Shown in pieces: positions 12,801 through 26,900 of a DNA stretch of 64,000 nt. Source of the stretch: Gnetum montanum (lineage: Eukaryota > Plantae > Gnetophyta); the NCBI GenBank assembly GCA_015680685.1, contig MNCI01003306.1:364869-428868 (forward strand), in the 5' to 3' direction. Below the pieces are notes generated by a model that had not been told where the DNA came from, searched no databases, and saw only the letters and a program-made list of their open reading frames with translations. How positions within the stretch are numbered: position 1 is the stretch's first letter; each line of letters opens with the position of its first letter. The position numbers and the translations under genes were made by a program.

Positions 12801-15800
12801 AGTAACCCTATTTTGAAACAGATTATGAATTGCTTTAATACTGTTGGGAACAGCCTGGTACCTGAAGCTCCCAATGTAAATCAGATAATTTCTCCCATCA
12901 TGTCAAGGTATCCTTGTGTATTCAATATTAAATTTCATTTTTATATTAAAGATGGATTTTCAGAGGTTTCCATTGATTCCAATGCTCTCTCTCATTCCTT
13001 TCCTTAGGTTGTAGTACATGATCTTATTTTATTGCTAAATTTTTCTTTAAACTGTTTCAACAAAAAAATATGGTGGTATGTGAGCCAAAACCTAAAACTC
13101 AGGGCTAGGGGCTATCCAATTACCAAATGCATCTTAACTATTCTATTTTTAGTTTTGGTTCACCACCCTTTACTTTTCTTAGTGGCATACGTGAAAGTCT
13201 ACTTGCTTATTGTTTTTCCTAGTTAAATTGCTGGCTTGCACTTATGTGGCTGTTGACAAAACAATTTGAAAAAGGTTTATTACATAGGTCCATGGTTATG
13301 GTGTTTAAGTCACCATCAATTTTCCCTAGATTCATGGTTATTAGGGTGAAACACCTAATCACATTCTGACATCTGCCTATGGCATGGTAGGATGCTTCTG
13401 TTCTACCTAGTTGCTACAAATTATGGTGGATTCTCTTGTGATGCTTATGTGTTAATCCTTTTGGTTCTAGTAGCTGCTTCAATAATTTCTATGTAGAATA
13501 TTATAAAAATATAAAAAATTCAGTTTGGAGCTCCTCAGACAGCTTATCTGCATTATGATTTTTTAAATTAAAAAGTAAAAAGAAAATTTGATTGAAAATA
13601 AAAATTTGGAGTACAACTAGAAATTGCTTGGGATCTTAGAGATTAACTGAGGGCCTTTATGGAATCATCCAAGCTTTGGTATGATAATAATTGCATATTT
13701 CTTGCTTTTTACAGGTATTATCCAAGACTAGTGATAAAATCTATTCTGACTTCTATTGAAGCCAAGGTCAAATCTTCTTACATACACTGATGATGAATAT
13801 GTCATTTTCAGAGACAAATGTATGATTAACTTTGTTATTGATTTTCATTTCACAGATAGGTTATGGATGTCATGTTCTGGATTTTGAGATCGTTAGAAAA
13901 CCTAACAGTGAGAAAATTGTAAGCAATTAGTTCTAATATGTTGAATTTCCCTTGTTTACATATTTTCATTTGATTATACATAGGAGATTTTACTGGTAGT
14001 TACACCAAACAAAATTTATATTCTGTTTTTACTTATTCAAAAAAAACCACCGAATAAAATTAACATGATAACTAGTGTTTTTAAATTTTATTGGTAATAT
14101 TAAGTGCAAAGAATTTTTTGTTCTCTTTATAAGAAAATTGAGTGCATAGGCCAAAATAAATTATCGTTTATAGATTACCTCTATAGGTGAGTTACGGTTA
14201 AGGTGTGCAAAGGAAGACCTTTATATGTTATGCACATGTATGTCAACATATGTAGTAATTAAAATATATGTTCCTTCAAATGTGCATATAACATGTTCAG
14301 ATGTGGGAGTGGATAATATCTAACCTTTCAAATCATATACATCAGTACATTACACTGACTTCCCTGGCTATGAAACTTGGTTGATTTCTAGTATCCCAGG
14401 CTACTTCTGGTTGCACTTCTAATTATTACCTCTTTTTACCTTGTCTAGTAAAGTTACATGCACTCAGGGCCTATAATAGAGTGCATAGTTTGTACCATGT
14501 GGACAGTCAGCGTTGAATTGCTGTTTTCATTTTTATTCATGTAGATGTTTCGGTTCTGTGTTTTGACAAAACCTGCTGTAGATTGGAATTGCTTAACAAT
14601 TTATTTATGACAATACTTGGTGCCCAGTTAATAGTGCACAGTTTTATGATATTTTTCCTTTTTTCTTGGGACTTGAGTTAACAATATATTTTTTCTAACT
14701 ACGACAGTGTTTGTTTGTTGTTCGGACTGATAATTTCAACACATCTGCATGTTTAGTAAACCCACCTCAAGTCAGGTAAATAACATTAAGAATTACTTTT
14801 TCATTTTTAATCTACCAATTTTCCAATACAAGGATATTCTCAATTGTGCAGCTTCTTGATAAATGGCAAGGGCGTAGAGCGACGACACAACATTGTAATG
14901 GTATGAAGTGCTAGTTTAGTTAGTTACAGTGTAATGATATTTGCTTTATTTAGCTTTCATCAAAGGGTACATTTTTATTTGATAGATATTATTACCGAAT
15001 AGGGCTTCATCATTTGTAATGATAGTAAGGTGCTCGTTTCTCAAGTCGTAAGGTATGGGTTCGAGGCTGGGTGCAGCCACTCGAAAAGAGGTTAGGCTTT
15101 CACTCATCTACTGGCTGTCTCGTGACCCTGCTTGGTGAAATGAGCATTGAGCCTTGGGTGATGGCATTTTTTTAGATATTATTGACAGGTGTAATGTTGT
15201 TTGACAGGATCCTGGTCCTCAAATACCTACAGATATATTAGGCATGCTAAAGTTTGGCTTAAATTTCTTGCAGGCTGTTGGCGAGTTCAATGGTAGTGCA
15301 TTGTATTACTTAACTTTTTCCGTAAAATTTTTTAAAGAAATATTATTACATAATTTCTTTTGATTGTTATTGTATAGGTAATTATGTTATCGCCATTATG
15401 ATGATGACTGAACGCCCATCTGCTGCACTAGCTTCACAACTTTCTGACTATGTTAATCCTGCAATGTCAACATATTCTTCAGGTAACACAATTTTAAATG
15501 TAAAGGAAAAATGAAATTTTTTGCATCAACATTTGAATGTTCAAGGATTTTACAAAATTTTTGTGCATTTTCTACTTTTCTTCAAATTACTGTTGAGCTG
15601 TTTTATTTTAGGAAAGTCACATTAACTACTGAACAACTAGTCTTTTATACAGGAACTTGCACCAGTTTATTCATATTATAGTGCACTTGAGAGTAAATAG
15701 AATCCATGCATATTTCTCATTATATGCAATCAAGTATTTGTTTGCAGTTGAATTGAAAGTAAAATTGTCATTCAAGTAACTACAAATCTCTCATTAATTA

Positions 15801-18800
15801 TCATAAAGAAATTATTGTGGTAAGGAGAATGCCTTATAGAAACAAAAAGCACAATCAAGGATTTGGGAACTGCTTTTTCAAAGTTTTGTACCTTTACATT
15901 TTGTTGAAATTGTATGTATATTATCAACTGATTAAATTGTATGTATTTGTGTTATTTTATATTGTATTTGTGTCTAGTAAACATTCTTCATGTTGGTTAT
16001 TTGATCTCTGAGATTTAAGGAAAAGCCTGGTTGTAGTTGTATCTAAAATTCATTATTGCTAAAATACTTTATTTTTATTCCATAAAAGTGAGCTTTTGAT
16101 ATGTTATTATCTTGAATATTTGGCATTGAGGTTGCAAAAATGTTAAATGTGGAGCTTATTGAATAGACTTTTAAATATACAATCTTATTGAAATACGTTG
16201 TGTAATTTTCTTTCCCACGTGATGCAGACAATGAAATAGTTGAAGGTCCCTCAAAGATATCACTCAGTTGTCCAATAAGGTTTGTTGAGTTTTTGTGAGA
16301 TTATTGTTGTAGCTATTATCATATTAAAAGTTTTTAAATAAAATTTTAATCTATCCTTAATTACATATTTAGTAAACATTGCAATGAGATTGATGCAATA
16401 TTTTTTGAAAAGTGATATTTTTCTTATTGAAGTCATTTAAGATTTTGAAAGGAAGGTTAGTGGAGTTCCCTGGTCCTCAACTAGTTACGTAATATAGGTT
16501 TGCTACATCTGTGCAGGCTGTGTTGGCTTTTTTTAAAGAAGCAAACTTGAGATATCCATTGTGGCAGGGCTGCAAGTCTTGTTCCGAGTACAGAATTGTT
16601 AAAGGATTCAGCATTCCAATATAAACAAACTTCAAAAACTTTGATATTTTAGATTTCTAAAAATAGATAAATAGTGCCTCTAAGACAAGGACATAGCTGT
16701 AGGCAAAAGAATTACAAAATTGATAAATAGTGCTAGTTGTGGCTATGACCCAGAGAAGGTGAGTCTCTTCATAGTCACGAAGCAATGATTCAGGCACTTC
16801 TGGAATTGTGCATTTTTTGCCGACAATGCTGTTGTTCCTTTCGTGCTAAACCTTACAACATACCAAGGGTAAAGGTGCAAATCAAACCATAGATATAAGG
16901 GATTTTACACGATAATTCTACTGGCTGCAGAGTTTTAATAGAATTAGTGGAAATAGCAAATTCAAACCATTAATGGTACACGTATTGTTTCAAACATTAT
17001 GAGCAAAATCACAATACACAAAAAACATAATGAGGATCTTCTTCATCTTTGGATGTGTAGAATGGATATGTGGCATCAATGGCCAAACAATGCTATGTTA
17101 CAAAACCTTGTGCTGGAAGACAAACTTTAAAACATCTGAATAAAAATAAGAAAACACGTAGGGTTATTATAGGCTTTTTCAATTTGATGATATCCATTAT
17201 TTCTTGAAAATTTGCTTATCCCAGAAGACATCAAGGTCCAAGCTAAAAATTTGAGCCAAAACAAACTATGGCCTAAAATCTTCTTTCTTAATGTCAGTGT
17301 ATATGTTGCTTCTGTGGGGTCAGCTCTGGACTTCTGCCTGGCCTCTCCTAGGTTTCTGTTGAGATGTAGATGGGATGTCTGAGTTGGGACATCCATACTG
17401 AAGTGGGATGTCCACCTTTCTTCAAAGCGTGACTTCCTTGGGCATCTCGACATTATGCAATCACAACGATCATGAGCGTTGTTGCCAAAACTCTTAACTT
17501 TTATCTTCATGTCCTTACTTTGATCTCAGCAATATCTTCATCTTCAACTTGACTCTCATCTCTAAGTCTTCAAGACGAGCTAGGTGTCATAATTGGAATG
17601 GTTCGGGAAAGTTTATGTCTTGAGTCATCTCATGTCAATTCATTGCGTAGAATAAAAATGTGGACTGGGATTGTGATCCAAATGATTTTGGATTATGATC
17701 CACAAAAACACATGTAAAATTAAATTGGAATTGTGATCCTAAGTACATCACGATCCACAGAAAATGTATGTGATTCAGAATCATGATTTTGGAATCAGAC
17801 TTGCACGATTTCACAGTTGCGTATAACTTTGGGATCAGATTGATACGACTTCACAATTCCTAAGGACTTTCCCAGAGCCTATCTACATTTTACATCCTTC
17901 TGCATAGCCTATCTACATTTACATTCTTCAGCAGTTAGTTTCATTTTTCAAAACTGCCAAAGTCAGGGTGAAACATGAGTGATGTCAGCGTTGCTAGCAA
18001 CCATGGCCATGTGCTATGGATTGAACATCATTTTTTACTATTGAGTGTGATATCCTTCCTGTCCACTGCTGCATTGTTGCTGAAGAGTGTGATATCGTTC
18101 TTGTATCCATGGTCGCAATAGCAGTTTCGGTCATGCATTAATGGTTTTGGCACCATTTTCAATTGCATTGGTGATAATCTGATGATGATGCTAATCGCGA
18201 TTTGGCATCCTGTCTGTTTTTATTGCTGTTGTTTCCAACAATGTCAAAGCCTATGGCAGCCGCTTTTTGTATCCATGGTCGCAATAGCACTAGTGCTGCT
18301 AACAATGTCACAACTACATTGCATTGAGGCTTATTTTTACCTCCGAAGGAATAATGAGTATGGTATTACTAATTGACATTGTTCCTATAACAAAATGGTG
18401 AACAAGGAAGGCCACATGCTATTTCGATTTTAATTACACATGGTTAGTTGGCAGACGTCTGGGCCCCTATGGTGGCGGTAAACAAAAAAAAAAATAAAAT
18501 TGTAACACGGGCCTGTACCCAGTGGGGCTAGTTATTAGCTATGTCTAAGCCCAACTAATAACAAAGTCTAAGGTCCAAACATGACTAACCAAGGTACTAT
18601 TACAAGACCCTCTAAAACATAACTTAAAAGCAAATTAAAAACTAAAAAAAATTACAAAAATAGTTATATAGACAAATACAAAGTAACCCAAACAAAGCAT
18701 ACCACAGACCATTCAGATACCCCATGTGCCAGTGAGACCCATCCAGTGCCTGATACTAAGTTAAAACTCCAACAAAAGAGGTTAATGCTCACATGCTAAA

Positions 18801-21800
18801 TTAAAAGGAAATACAAAATATTAAAAATACTAAAAAGAAAACAAAAGTGAAAATAAAACAGAAAGGTAAATTAAAATATTAAAATATTAAAAAGAAAAAG
18901 GCATCAAATAAGGGAATACCAAGGCACCGAGCTCAAAAGAAATGGGACTATCTGTTACTGTACTATGTTTATTTAAAACAGAAGGGTTTGCTCATTGCAA
19001 AATTTTTTAAAAGCTTTGTTTTAAATTGTTCCTTTTTTATATGATTCCACACAATTACGGGTTGCGATTCTAGGTGATCCATGATCCATGATCTGGAATC
19101 TTTTGCCTGAAAAGGCAATCTGCGATCTGATCAACATTTTTAATGTACACTTCTTTGAGTCCTACACATGCATAGGTCAGCTAAACACATTTCTCCATTT
19201 TCAGGTTTTGACACACCGAAAAAAGAGATTGGTCAACAATGCATACCTTTAAAAATATAAGTACATTATTATTGGACACTATCATAGTCTGCAAATATTG
19301 ATACTGGTATGTATTGTGCAAATTGATAGATTTGGAGTGGTCGCGTACAGGAGACATTAAAGCAGTACCAAACTTATAACAATGTCAATGAAAAACCAAA
19401 ACTAAACAAAACTCTATTATGTGACAAATATACTTCTCCCCAAAATAAGCACATGAAATCAATATCCTCATTAATAGTCTTATTAATGGAATAATGATGT
19501 TACTTAATCGAACTTTTAGTTTCTTTTCTAGTTTAAAGACAAATAAATTTATTTTCCTGTGTTGATTTACAGAATTGGATAAATTGTATTTTTAGTGTAA
19601 TCTTTTAAAATGCATTCTCGTTGGAAAGCACTAATTCTTGTGTTGCTGTGATATCAACATACAGCTGTAAACGGATTGCAATGCCTGTAAAGGGTTCAAT
19701 GTGCAGACACCACCAGGTTATTTAATTTCTGTTTGCAACGTGTTCATGTTATTAATTTTGGTTTCATGTGGTAAGAAATAAAGAATTTCAATATTAATTT
19801 TAATATTTTTTTATGCCATTTGTCTTTAGTGTTTTGACTACGAGAATTTTATGGATATTAATTCAAGACGACCTTCTTGGCGCTGCCCTTATTGTAATGG
19901 AGCACTTAGCTTTCTAGATTTGCGAATTGATCAGACTCTGCTGAAGGTATTTGCAATTAAATTTAGCGGTTTCAAGATGTTTATTTTGTGGAAGGCAACA
20001 TAAATTTGTATCTGTTCTTTGATATTCTTTAGGTATTGAGGGAGGTAGATGAAGCTGTTTCTGATGTTCTTATATATGAAGATGGATCATGGAAAAGCAC
20101 ACCTAACAATGAGAAGAATTCTGATGACTCAGATGAAGAAAATATTACGGATTCATGTAATACAACAAGTAATAGAGAACACAAAAAAGTTGGGAATCGT
20201 GAAATTGAAGTCATTGACCTTACAGATGAGTCTACTGAAGGCATTTCGAATGAGGAAGAAGGAAATACCCCAGATGTAAAGCCTGATATTGATGTCTTAC
20301 AAAGGATTCAAATTACTGGATCATTTTTGAATAGGGGACCAGGCAACCACAGTATGCTGGCAAGCAGTGGATACAATGCTCATGGTGTAGCAGAGGCCTT
20401 AGGAAGAGACAGGGTTCAGGTTTCTGCTTTTAATTCCAGAAGCCACTTGAGTGGATTGTCCAATAGATTGCCTACGCCTATTCTAACTGATGCTGTGACC
20501 ACTTCCCTTAATCAGATACCCACTGACACTCGAGATTGTAGTGAAGCTACCAATTCTTTGCACATTGTACCCTCAACAACATTGAATTCTGCCGGGAATC
20601 ATGATATACTCCAGCTACATGCAATTCATGATAATCTAAACACCGGTAGTGATTATGAAAGACTTTCAAGCCAAACAATAAACAGGCTGCCAATTGCAAT
20701 TCAAGCTTTGCCTGCACAGACTCAAGTTGCAACTACATTTCGATCAGCAAGAAGTGATGCCTTTCAACAAAATTCTTTATCACAGTTCTCTTTTCATGGA
20801 GATGTCGAAAGACACCAAGTGAATTCAAGGCAATACCAAAACTTTCAATGCAATAATGATATTGCAGCTTCGACATTGCTACACATGCTACCGCAGGGCC
20901 AGGTTTATGTTTCCTTAATTGATTTTATTCTTTTTTTATACCTTGTTGATTGTAAGAATGTTTTGAATATTTTCTATTAAATGGGAGCACAGAAATGCTT
21001 TATTTAATTTCATGATAAAAATTTATCGTTGATTGCAAAGTCATACTTAATTTATGCAGACCCACTGTCTTTTCTATGTTATTTTTTACTGTCTTTTTCA
21101 TCATCATCATGATCCTAGCTTTGTTCCAACAAAATGACGTCAGCTACATGAATTTTTTTTCACCACTGACCTCTAAGAAGAGCTAGGTCTTTGTTTATTT
21201 GCAGTTTTTTTATATTATCTTCAATCGTTGTTTCCATGTCCTTTTGGTATTCCTTTTGATGGCTTCCTAAAACAGGGATGCAGCAACCCTTTTTGCATCC
21301 CACCAGAAATGTCAAGATGCTCAAAATTGAAAGCCTAAAAAGAGATTTAGTAAGAATATCAAAATGTTTAAACTGGTAGAAGAACAATTGCAAATATGTT
21401 AGGAGAATAAATTCTAAAAGAACTATACACACAATAAGACAACAATATTGGAAACTATAACTGAAGGAAAAATGTTGAGCACCAACTGATTGAATTTTAA
21501 GGAACATTGTTGCGATGCATTTGTCATTTCATACGATTGTCTGATCCATGTTATATTTAAAAAGTTTATCCTCGGCTTTTCTTTTGTGTTTGATAATCAA
21601 GTGTCGTTGGCCCTTGATATACTTTTTGAAAGATAGTCCATTGGATATTTTACTGTGATTTTCGGGATCTGCCATGTGTCATATGGGGAAGCAATAAATG
21701 CCACAGTTTTGTTTTTTCAGTATTAGTTGGATAGATAACAAATGTTTAACGTCAGTTATATAAATATGGACGTTAATATTAGCTTGGGTTTTCCTTGTGT

Positions 21801-22589
21801 TCAAATTGTAAAATATTTGCCGAATTTCTGTTTGTGTAGAATCAGGTTAACCACAGCATCAATCCACTTACAAGCACGCAAAATCCCATTCAGAGTGTGG
21901 TACGGAATACCACAGAGCTTCAAAGTTTGCCTACTTCCAGAGCTTCCATACAGCTTTCAGGAGAATCACAAAACCAGCAGCTGCTTAATCACTGGAAACA
22001 AGCATCTGCTCAAGCACAGCCGATGAGTGCTCAATTTCCCCCACTGTTATCCTCTGCAGGCCAAATTAATACTGCTTCAGATGCACCAACTAGCACACCG
22101 TCCTTGGTGACTAGGCATGCTCAAGTTCCGCATAGATCAATGTCAAATACGGGACCTTCAAACCAATTCCCGAGGTCTTTCATGGCTACAAATTCAAACA
22201 TCCAGTTGGCAAATAATTTACAGAGTATTGGTTTATCAAGACATGGTGGTGGAGATCAAAGACAAACATCCTCAGCAATGCTAGGTGCAGGATCACACAC
22301 TGAAGGTTTGGAGCAGGCATGGAGACCTATTGGAAGAATGAGAGGAAGTATTACTGTTCCAGGGAATGTGGGAATGACTAGTGGAATTCCTTACTTCACT
22401 TCTCGGGGACTGCTTCGACCTATACAGCCCTCTACGGCGGCAAGTTTGCAAAATGTAAACCATTCTACTTTCATGCACCATTCTGGAACAAGTACGCAGA
22501 GCAGAAGTTTGACAAACAATGCAGTTTGGAGCAGTCATCATATGGCAGCAACTGGATCTGGAGTCAGTGAATTGGACCGGATGCCATGA
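9850..22589 (+). CDS. PIAL2: E4 SUMO-protein ligase PIAL1/PIAL2-like (SP-RING/MIZ zinc finger), 16 exons, ~946 aa
   Basis: Phase-consistent exons: 9850-10136, 11083-11155, 12412-12477, 12640-12705, 12822-12907, 13715-13766, 13856-13918, 14708-14775, 14852-14900, 15208-15292, 15378-15482, 16228-16279, 19665-19716, 19830-19946, 20033-20902, 21840-22589. Motifs: LMLSVKNAC, FLINGKGVERR, DPGPQIPT, SP-RING SLSCPISCKRIAMPVKGSMCRHHQCFD...WRCPYC, SIM IEVIDLTDE, C-terminal WRPIGRMRGS. PIAL1 versus PIAL2 orthology cannot be resolved. Confidence 0.93.
11253..11455 (+). repeat. Three-copy 62-bp tandem repeat built from an RTE-LINE 3' tail (PIAL intron 2)
   Basis: Units start at 11253, 11315 and 11377, with a partial at 11439. 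The unit contains GCTGACCCCACTTTGTTGGGACAAGGCTAGGATGATGAT, matching the tails of the RTE fragments at ~21100 and ~39745. Confidence 0.9.
14994..15172 (+). mobile_element. tRNA-derived SINE, Au-like, with TSD (PIAL intron 9)
   Basis: About 180 bp, B-box GGTTCGAG, T-tail, flanked by an 11-bp direct repeat TAGATATTATT (14983-14993 and 15173-15183). Confidence 0.75.
21098..21330 (-). mobile_element. 5'-truncated RTE-clade LINE 3' fragment (PIAL intron 15)
   Basis: Minus translation ETTIEDNIKKLQINKDLALLRGQW..KIHVAD resembles the plant RTE C-terminus, followed by the tail GTAGCTGAC..TTTGTTGGAACAAAGCTAGGATC(ATG)n. Confidence 0.75.
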
Positions 22590-23995
22590 GCATATGTACA
22601 AATTGTCGTCATGACATCCCATGTTTGGGTCTAATCTTCCACTGTAATATATAATGAACTTTTGTAATCTTCAACTTCTTCCAATCTGCAATTTAGACGG
22701 AGTTTCTGTAAATTGGGTTAGCTTATTTGCTATGTTATAAGCGTTAAACTTTACCGTGTTTGTGAGATTGAAATTGTAGTTGTTTCTTGCGTATATTTTA
22801 AAAGGAATTCTTCCTTTCCCTGTTCTTAGTTAAAATGAAATGGCTTCGAAAAATTCACTTTATACATTGAAGAACGAAGCTAATCATTGCAAACCGCCTG
22901 ACTGTAAGCAACCTGACCAGTAATTTGATTTTATTAAAATTTCTTTTAAAATATTTGAATATAAATCAGGTTTTGTTTGCTAACACAGAAGATTTTTTTC
23001 AAGTAGAAGCTTTGATGGAGACATTGAAAATTACTGCTTCGCAAATATTAATGACTTTTTACCAAATTTTCATGACAAGAAGATTGCTCCTTCTCCTCTT
23101 GACCTTAAGTTAGTGTTAGTCCATAGTTATGACTCTCCTGGGTACTGTGCTTTTTTAACTAGGAGCTCTAAGCTCTGCTAATGACCTTTATATTATTTGA
23201 CAGAACATATCTCAAGGGAATTGAACTTGTGAGAGGAAGGTAATGAGTCCAGAATTCTGACGAAATAATTAATCTTGATCAACTAAAGCGGTATTCATAT
23301 ATGATATCACGTAGCAATTTAGAACATTTTGTTTAAAGTGTTGCGCTTATCTATTGTTTTAGTAGAATCATGAGTGTAAGATTGAAGCTAAAGACTTTTC
23401 TATGGATGATGTTGTGGTATGTTTACATGTTATAAATTTGATTTTAGCCAGTGAAAAAGCGAAGTCTGAGATACTAAGGTTTATGGTGCGGAAACTTATA
23501 TGTTAGATCACAAATACCATCAGAACCATAAATTGAGGAGATTCATATCATTAGAACTTACCCTATAAAATAAGTTGGACTTTTAAATTACAACAGAAAA
23601 TATTAGAATATGCTAGCCCTCTCTTTGGCGAAGTAATAACAAGTAATTGTTATCAATATCATAAACCAGGATACTTAAAACAGAACAGTAAATATCACAC
23701 AATCCTTTTCGTATTAACTTTCAAGTATAAACCCAGATATACTAAGATTATAATGCGTGATGCTTAAACAGAAAAGTAAATATCTTAACAAACCTTTGAA
23801 GTATAAACCCAGATACAAGCACAATGAAATGTGTTTTCATGTGATATTAAAATTAAAGACGCCTCGCATTTCTATCGTTCGGTAGAGCAGCCTTACCTGG
23901 AAACATATTTCGGAAACTCTCGCAGAAGCACCACGAGGGATACTCAAAAGCTTGTGAGCATTTATTACAAGATTTGTATTGTCGAAATGTGTGAA

Positions 23996-26900
23996 ATGGT
24001 TGCTTTGTTGCACACAGGAAAATTTAGTACGGCCACGGCATTTGCTCCAACACGCAAATCCCAGTGCCCTAAACTGAGATTTCTGTGTCCAATTCACGCT
24101 TCTTATGTTCAGAACTCAGGAATTTTAGTTTCTGCAAGTAGGCAAAAGCTCTTCAATCAAATTGCTGCCAATTATGACCAAGTCAGTTGACAATCATCTG
24201 CTTCTTGTTTTTAATTTAAACATACATCCATGAATATGTATAATTAAGCTGCCAATTTGCAAAGTTTTTCTGGTTATTGCAATCATCGAGATAGTAATAA
24301 TAAGTTCGGGTACAGCTGAATGACCTGCTCAGCCTTGGTCAGCATCGAGTATGGAAAAGAATGGCAGTTTCATGGAGTGGGTACGCGACTGTGCCAATTC
24401 TTATTTCTAAGCAGAGTAGACAAAAATAAAAAATGAACGACTCGCGTGTTATTTTGGGTTCTATTTGAAATGATGCAAATCATGAATCGATTTCTTATTT
24501 CATCATCTGTATTCAATGATAGTATGCAATCAGCATTTCTCTTAATTTCTGTTGTCCCTCGTTAACAAACAATTCGTCATGGGATTTGCTTCGTTTTTTT
24601 GTTAAAATGGGGAAGAGCCAAAATCGGAGATATGGTGCTGGACATTTGCTGCGGTAGTGGGGACCTTGCTTTTCTCTTGTCCGAGAAAGTTGGAATTTCA
24701 GGAAAGGTATGTTATTTAAGTTGCAAAGTTTCTCTTCAAGTTTGTGAAAGTTGTGTTCAAATTTGTACTTAATTTTTGTCAGAAAATAGCTTCAACCTTG
24801 AATGAACTAAAAAACATACAAAAGCAAGAAATCCAATAAAATCCAACAAATTTATTTTATCTCTTGTTTAGTTAAGCTCAGACATGCACCTGACAACTAC
24901 AACATACAGTCTATTGAAAACGTTATCTTAAGTATTCTCGAAGCCACGGTCCTTACCAAGGATGTGCCACTATTTGTTGTTGTTGTTGATTTGGCATATT
25001 TGCAAGCTTGACATTCAATATACGTAAAAACCAATTCTTAAACATACGCTCATAGATGGATGACCATATAAAATTAGGCACCATGGTGATGATGATACCC
25101 AGAGTGACACCTGTATGGACCGAAATCGTCAGCGTAAGGTTGGAAGGGAAAAAAACAAAAACACCGAAAGGATAGACACAGTTGACCCTGCCTTCGTGTG
25201 AGGGCAAGCTAGAAAAAAAAAAAAACCAGGGTGCCTTGGATGGTCTGCACGCAAATCAACCAAACAATGATGCACAAAATGCAAACATAGCGTATACAGA
25301 ACTGTATCGTAAACAAAGCGTAAATTGAATCTAAAACGGAGTAAACAATATAATGAGAGGCAAAAATGAACTGTATTGTATTGCTTAGAATGAATGTGCA
25401 CCGGTCAAAGTGTAGTTGCACGTGTGGATGACAAGTTCGGGGTAGTGTGCTTACAAGTGCTTAGATGCTAGGAGTCACGTGCTCCCGAGCTCCAAAAGTT
25501 GCTAGTTAGTGTTTCCTAAGCCGTCAACCTTCAAAATTGCCAACCCCGTTTATGTGAATGGATGGGGTATTTATAAGGTTTGGCTTGGCTTGGGTGTGGA
25601 ATCCATGGGTAAGATCAATGGCTGAGAAATGAGAGAAAAACGGATCATATGATAGGTGTTAGATAGACAGCTGTGTCTCAATTGGACGTGTGTAGGCGGG
25701 CTACGTTCTTGACTGGATGCACTGTATCTTACAACGTGTATTGGTTTATGCAAGCTAGCTTACGCCCATAGAAGTAGGTACAATTTGGAGCGTAAGAGCT
25801 TCCAACTCGCTTGAAACCTGTTGACATAGATTGACTGCTGCAGGGTGCTGATGTGAGTGGTTCTGTGGCTGTTTGAGGCATTTCTGTTTCACCAAAGTTT
25901 TCAACTTGAGTTTATTTTGTCTTGGCATGTCCTCGGCGTGTGTTTGGCGTGCTTTTGATCAGGCGTGACCAGTACTCACGCTATACTCACTATGCCAGCA
26001 TGACCTTAGCGTGACCTGATGAAAATAACACATTTCACACCAAATTTTTGAAACTTTAAAGCCTGTTTCTTGAGTACAGCAATTACCTGAGTGTGGTTGA
26101 CCCTGAGAGTGATCTTCAAGTCGAAAACTGAGTTTGGATGTGCCTTGTTTTAAACCACTTATGGTAGCTCATGCTGGACTCATGCTGCGAGCATGAGCTC
26201 AGCGTGAGCTACAAAAACTTGCAAGTTTGGACCTGAAATCTGGAATTCTGGAGGCTGGGACTTGAAGTTGTCAACAATGAACCCTCAGGATGACTTGCAC
26301 CTTTGAAACCAAACCATTTCGACTGGGTTTTGAGGCTCTCAAAGTTGGTCACGCTGGACTCACGCTGCCAGCGTGACCATCAACGTGAGTGAGAAAATGT
26401 GTACAATTTGGCCCGAAATTTGAACTTCCGAATGCTGATACTTGAAGTGGACGACAGTAGCCTTATGAAGATGACTTGCACCCTCAGATTGGACCATCTT
26501 TAACTTGATCTTGAAGTCATTAGAGTTGCTCACGCTGAGGGCAAGGTAGCTTGACAAGCTGGGCATGAGCAAGCTGGCTTGACAAGCTGGGTGTGAGTAA
26601 GCTGGTTTGACAAGCCCGGCGTGAGTTCCATGCCTTAGTCAAATTTTTGCCTCCCAAAAGCTAAAAAGGCTATGGGTTGTTCTCGTTTCATAGTGTTAGG
26701 CCGAAATTAGTGGTGTTTCGTTGGCTCCTCTTTGTTGACCCCTGGAGAAATCCACCCGAGAGGCATCGACAAAGAAGTACAAAACACCACGACCAACCAA
26801 GTACCAAGCATTGTCCATCGGCCCCTAGCTGGACGTCATCGCACTGTGTTCAAAAGTACATGGGATTGCGGAAATGCAGATCGAGATGCAAGGGGATTGG

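Noticed and set aside
16450-19140. Possible hAT or other DNA transposon relic in the 3.4-kb PIAL intron 12 (RFAT-like peptide, GATCC-rich subrepeats at 17670-17850 and 19040-19135)
   Set aside because: No TIR, TSD or continuous transposase motif could be established by eye.
23831-23995. N-terminal extension of MENG from the GTG at 23831
   Set aside because: Non-ATG start; ATGs at 23987 and 23996 already give a normal transit-peptide length.
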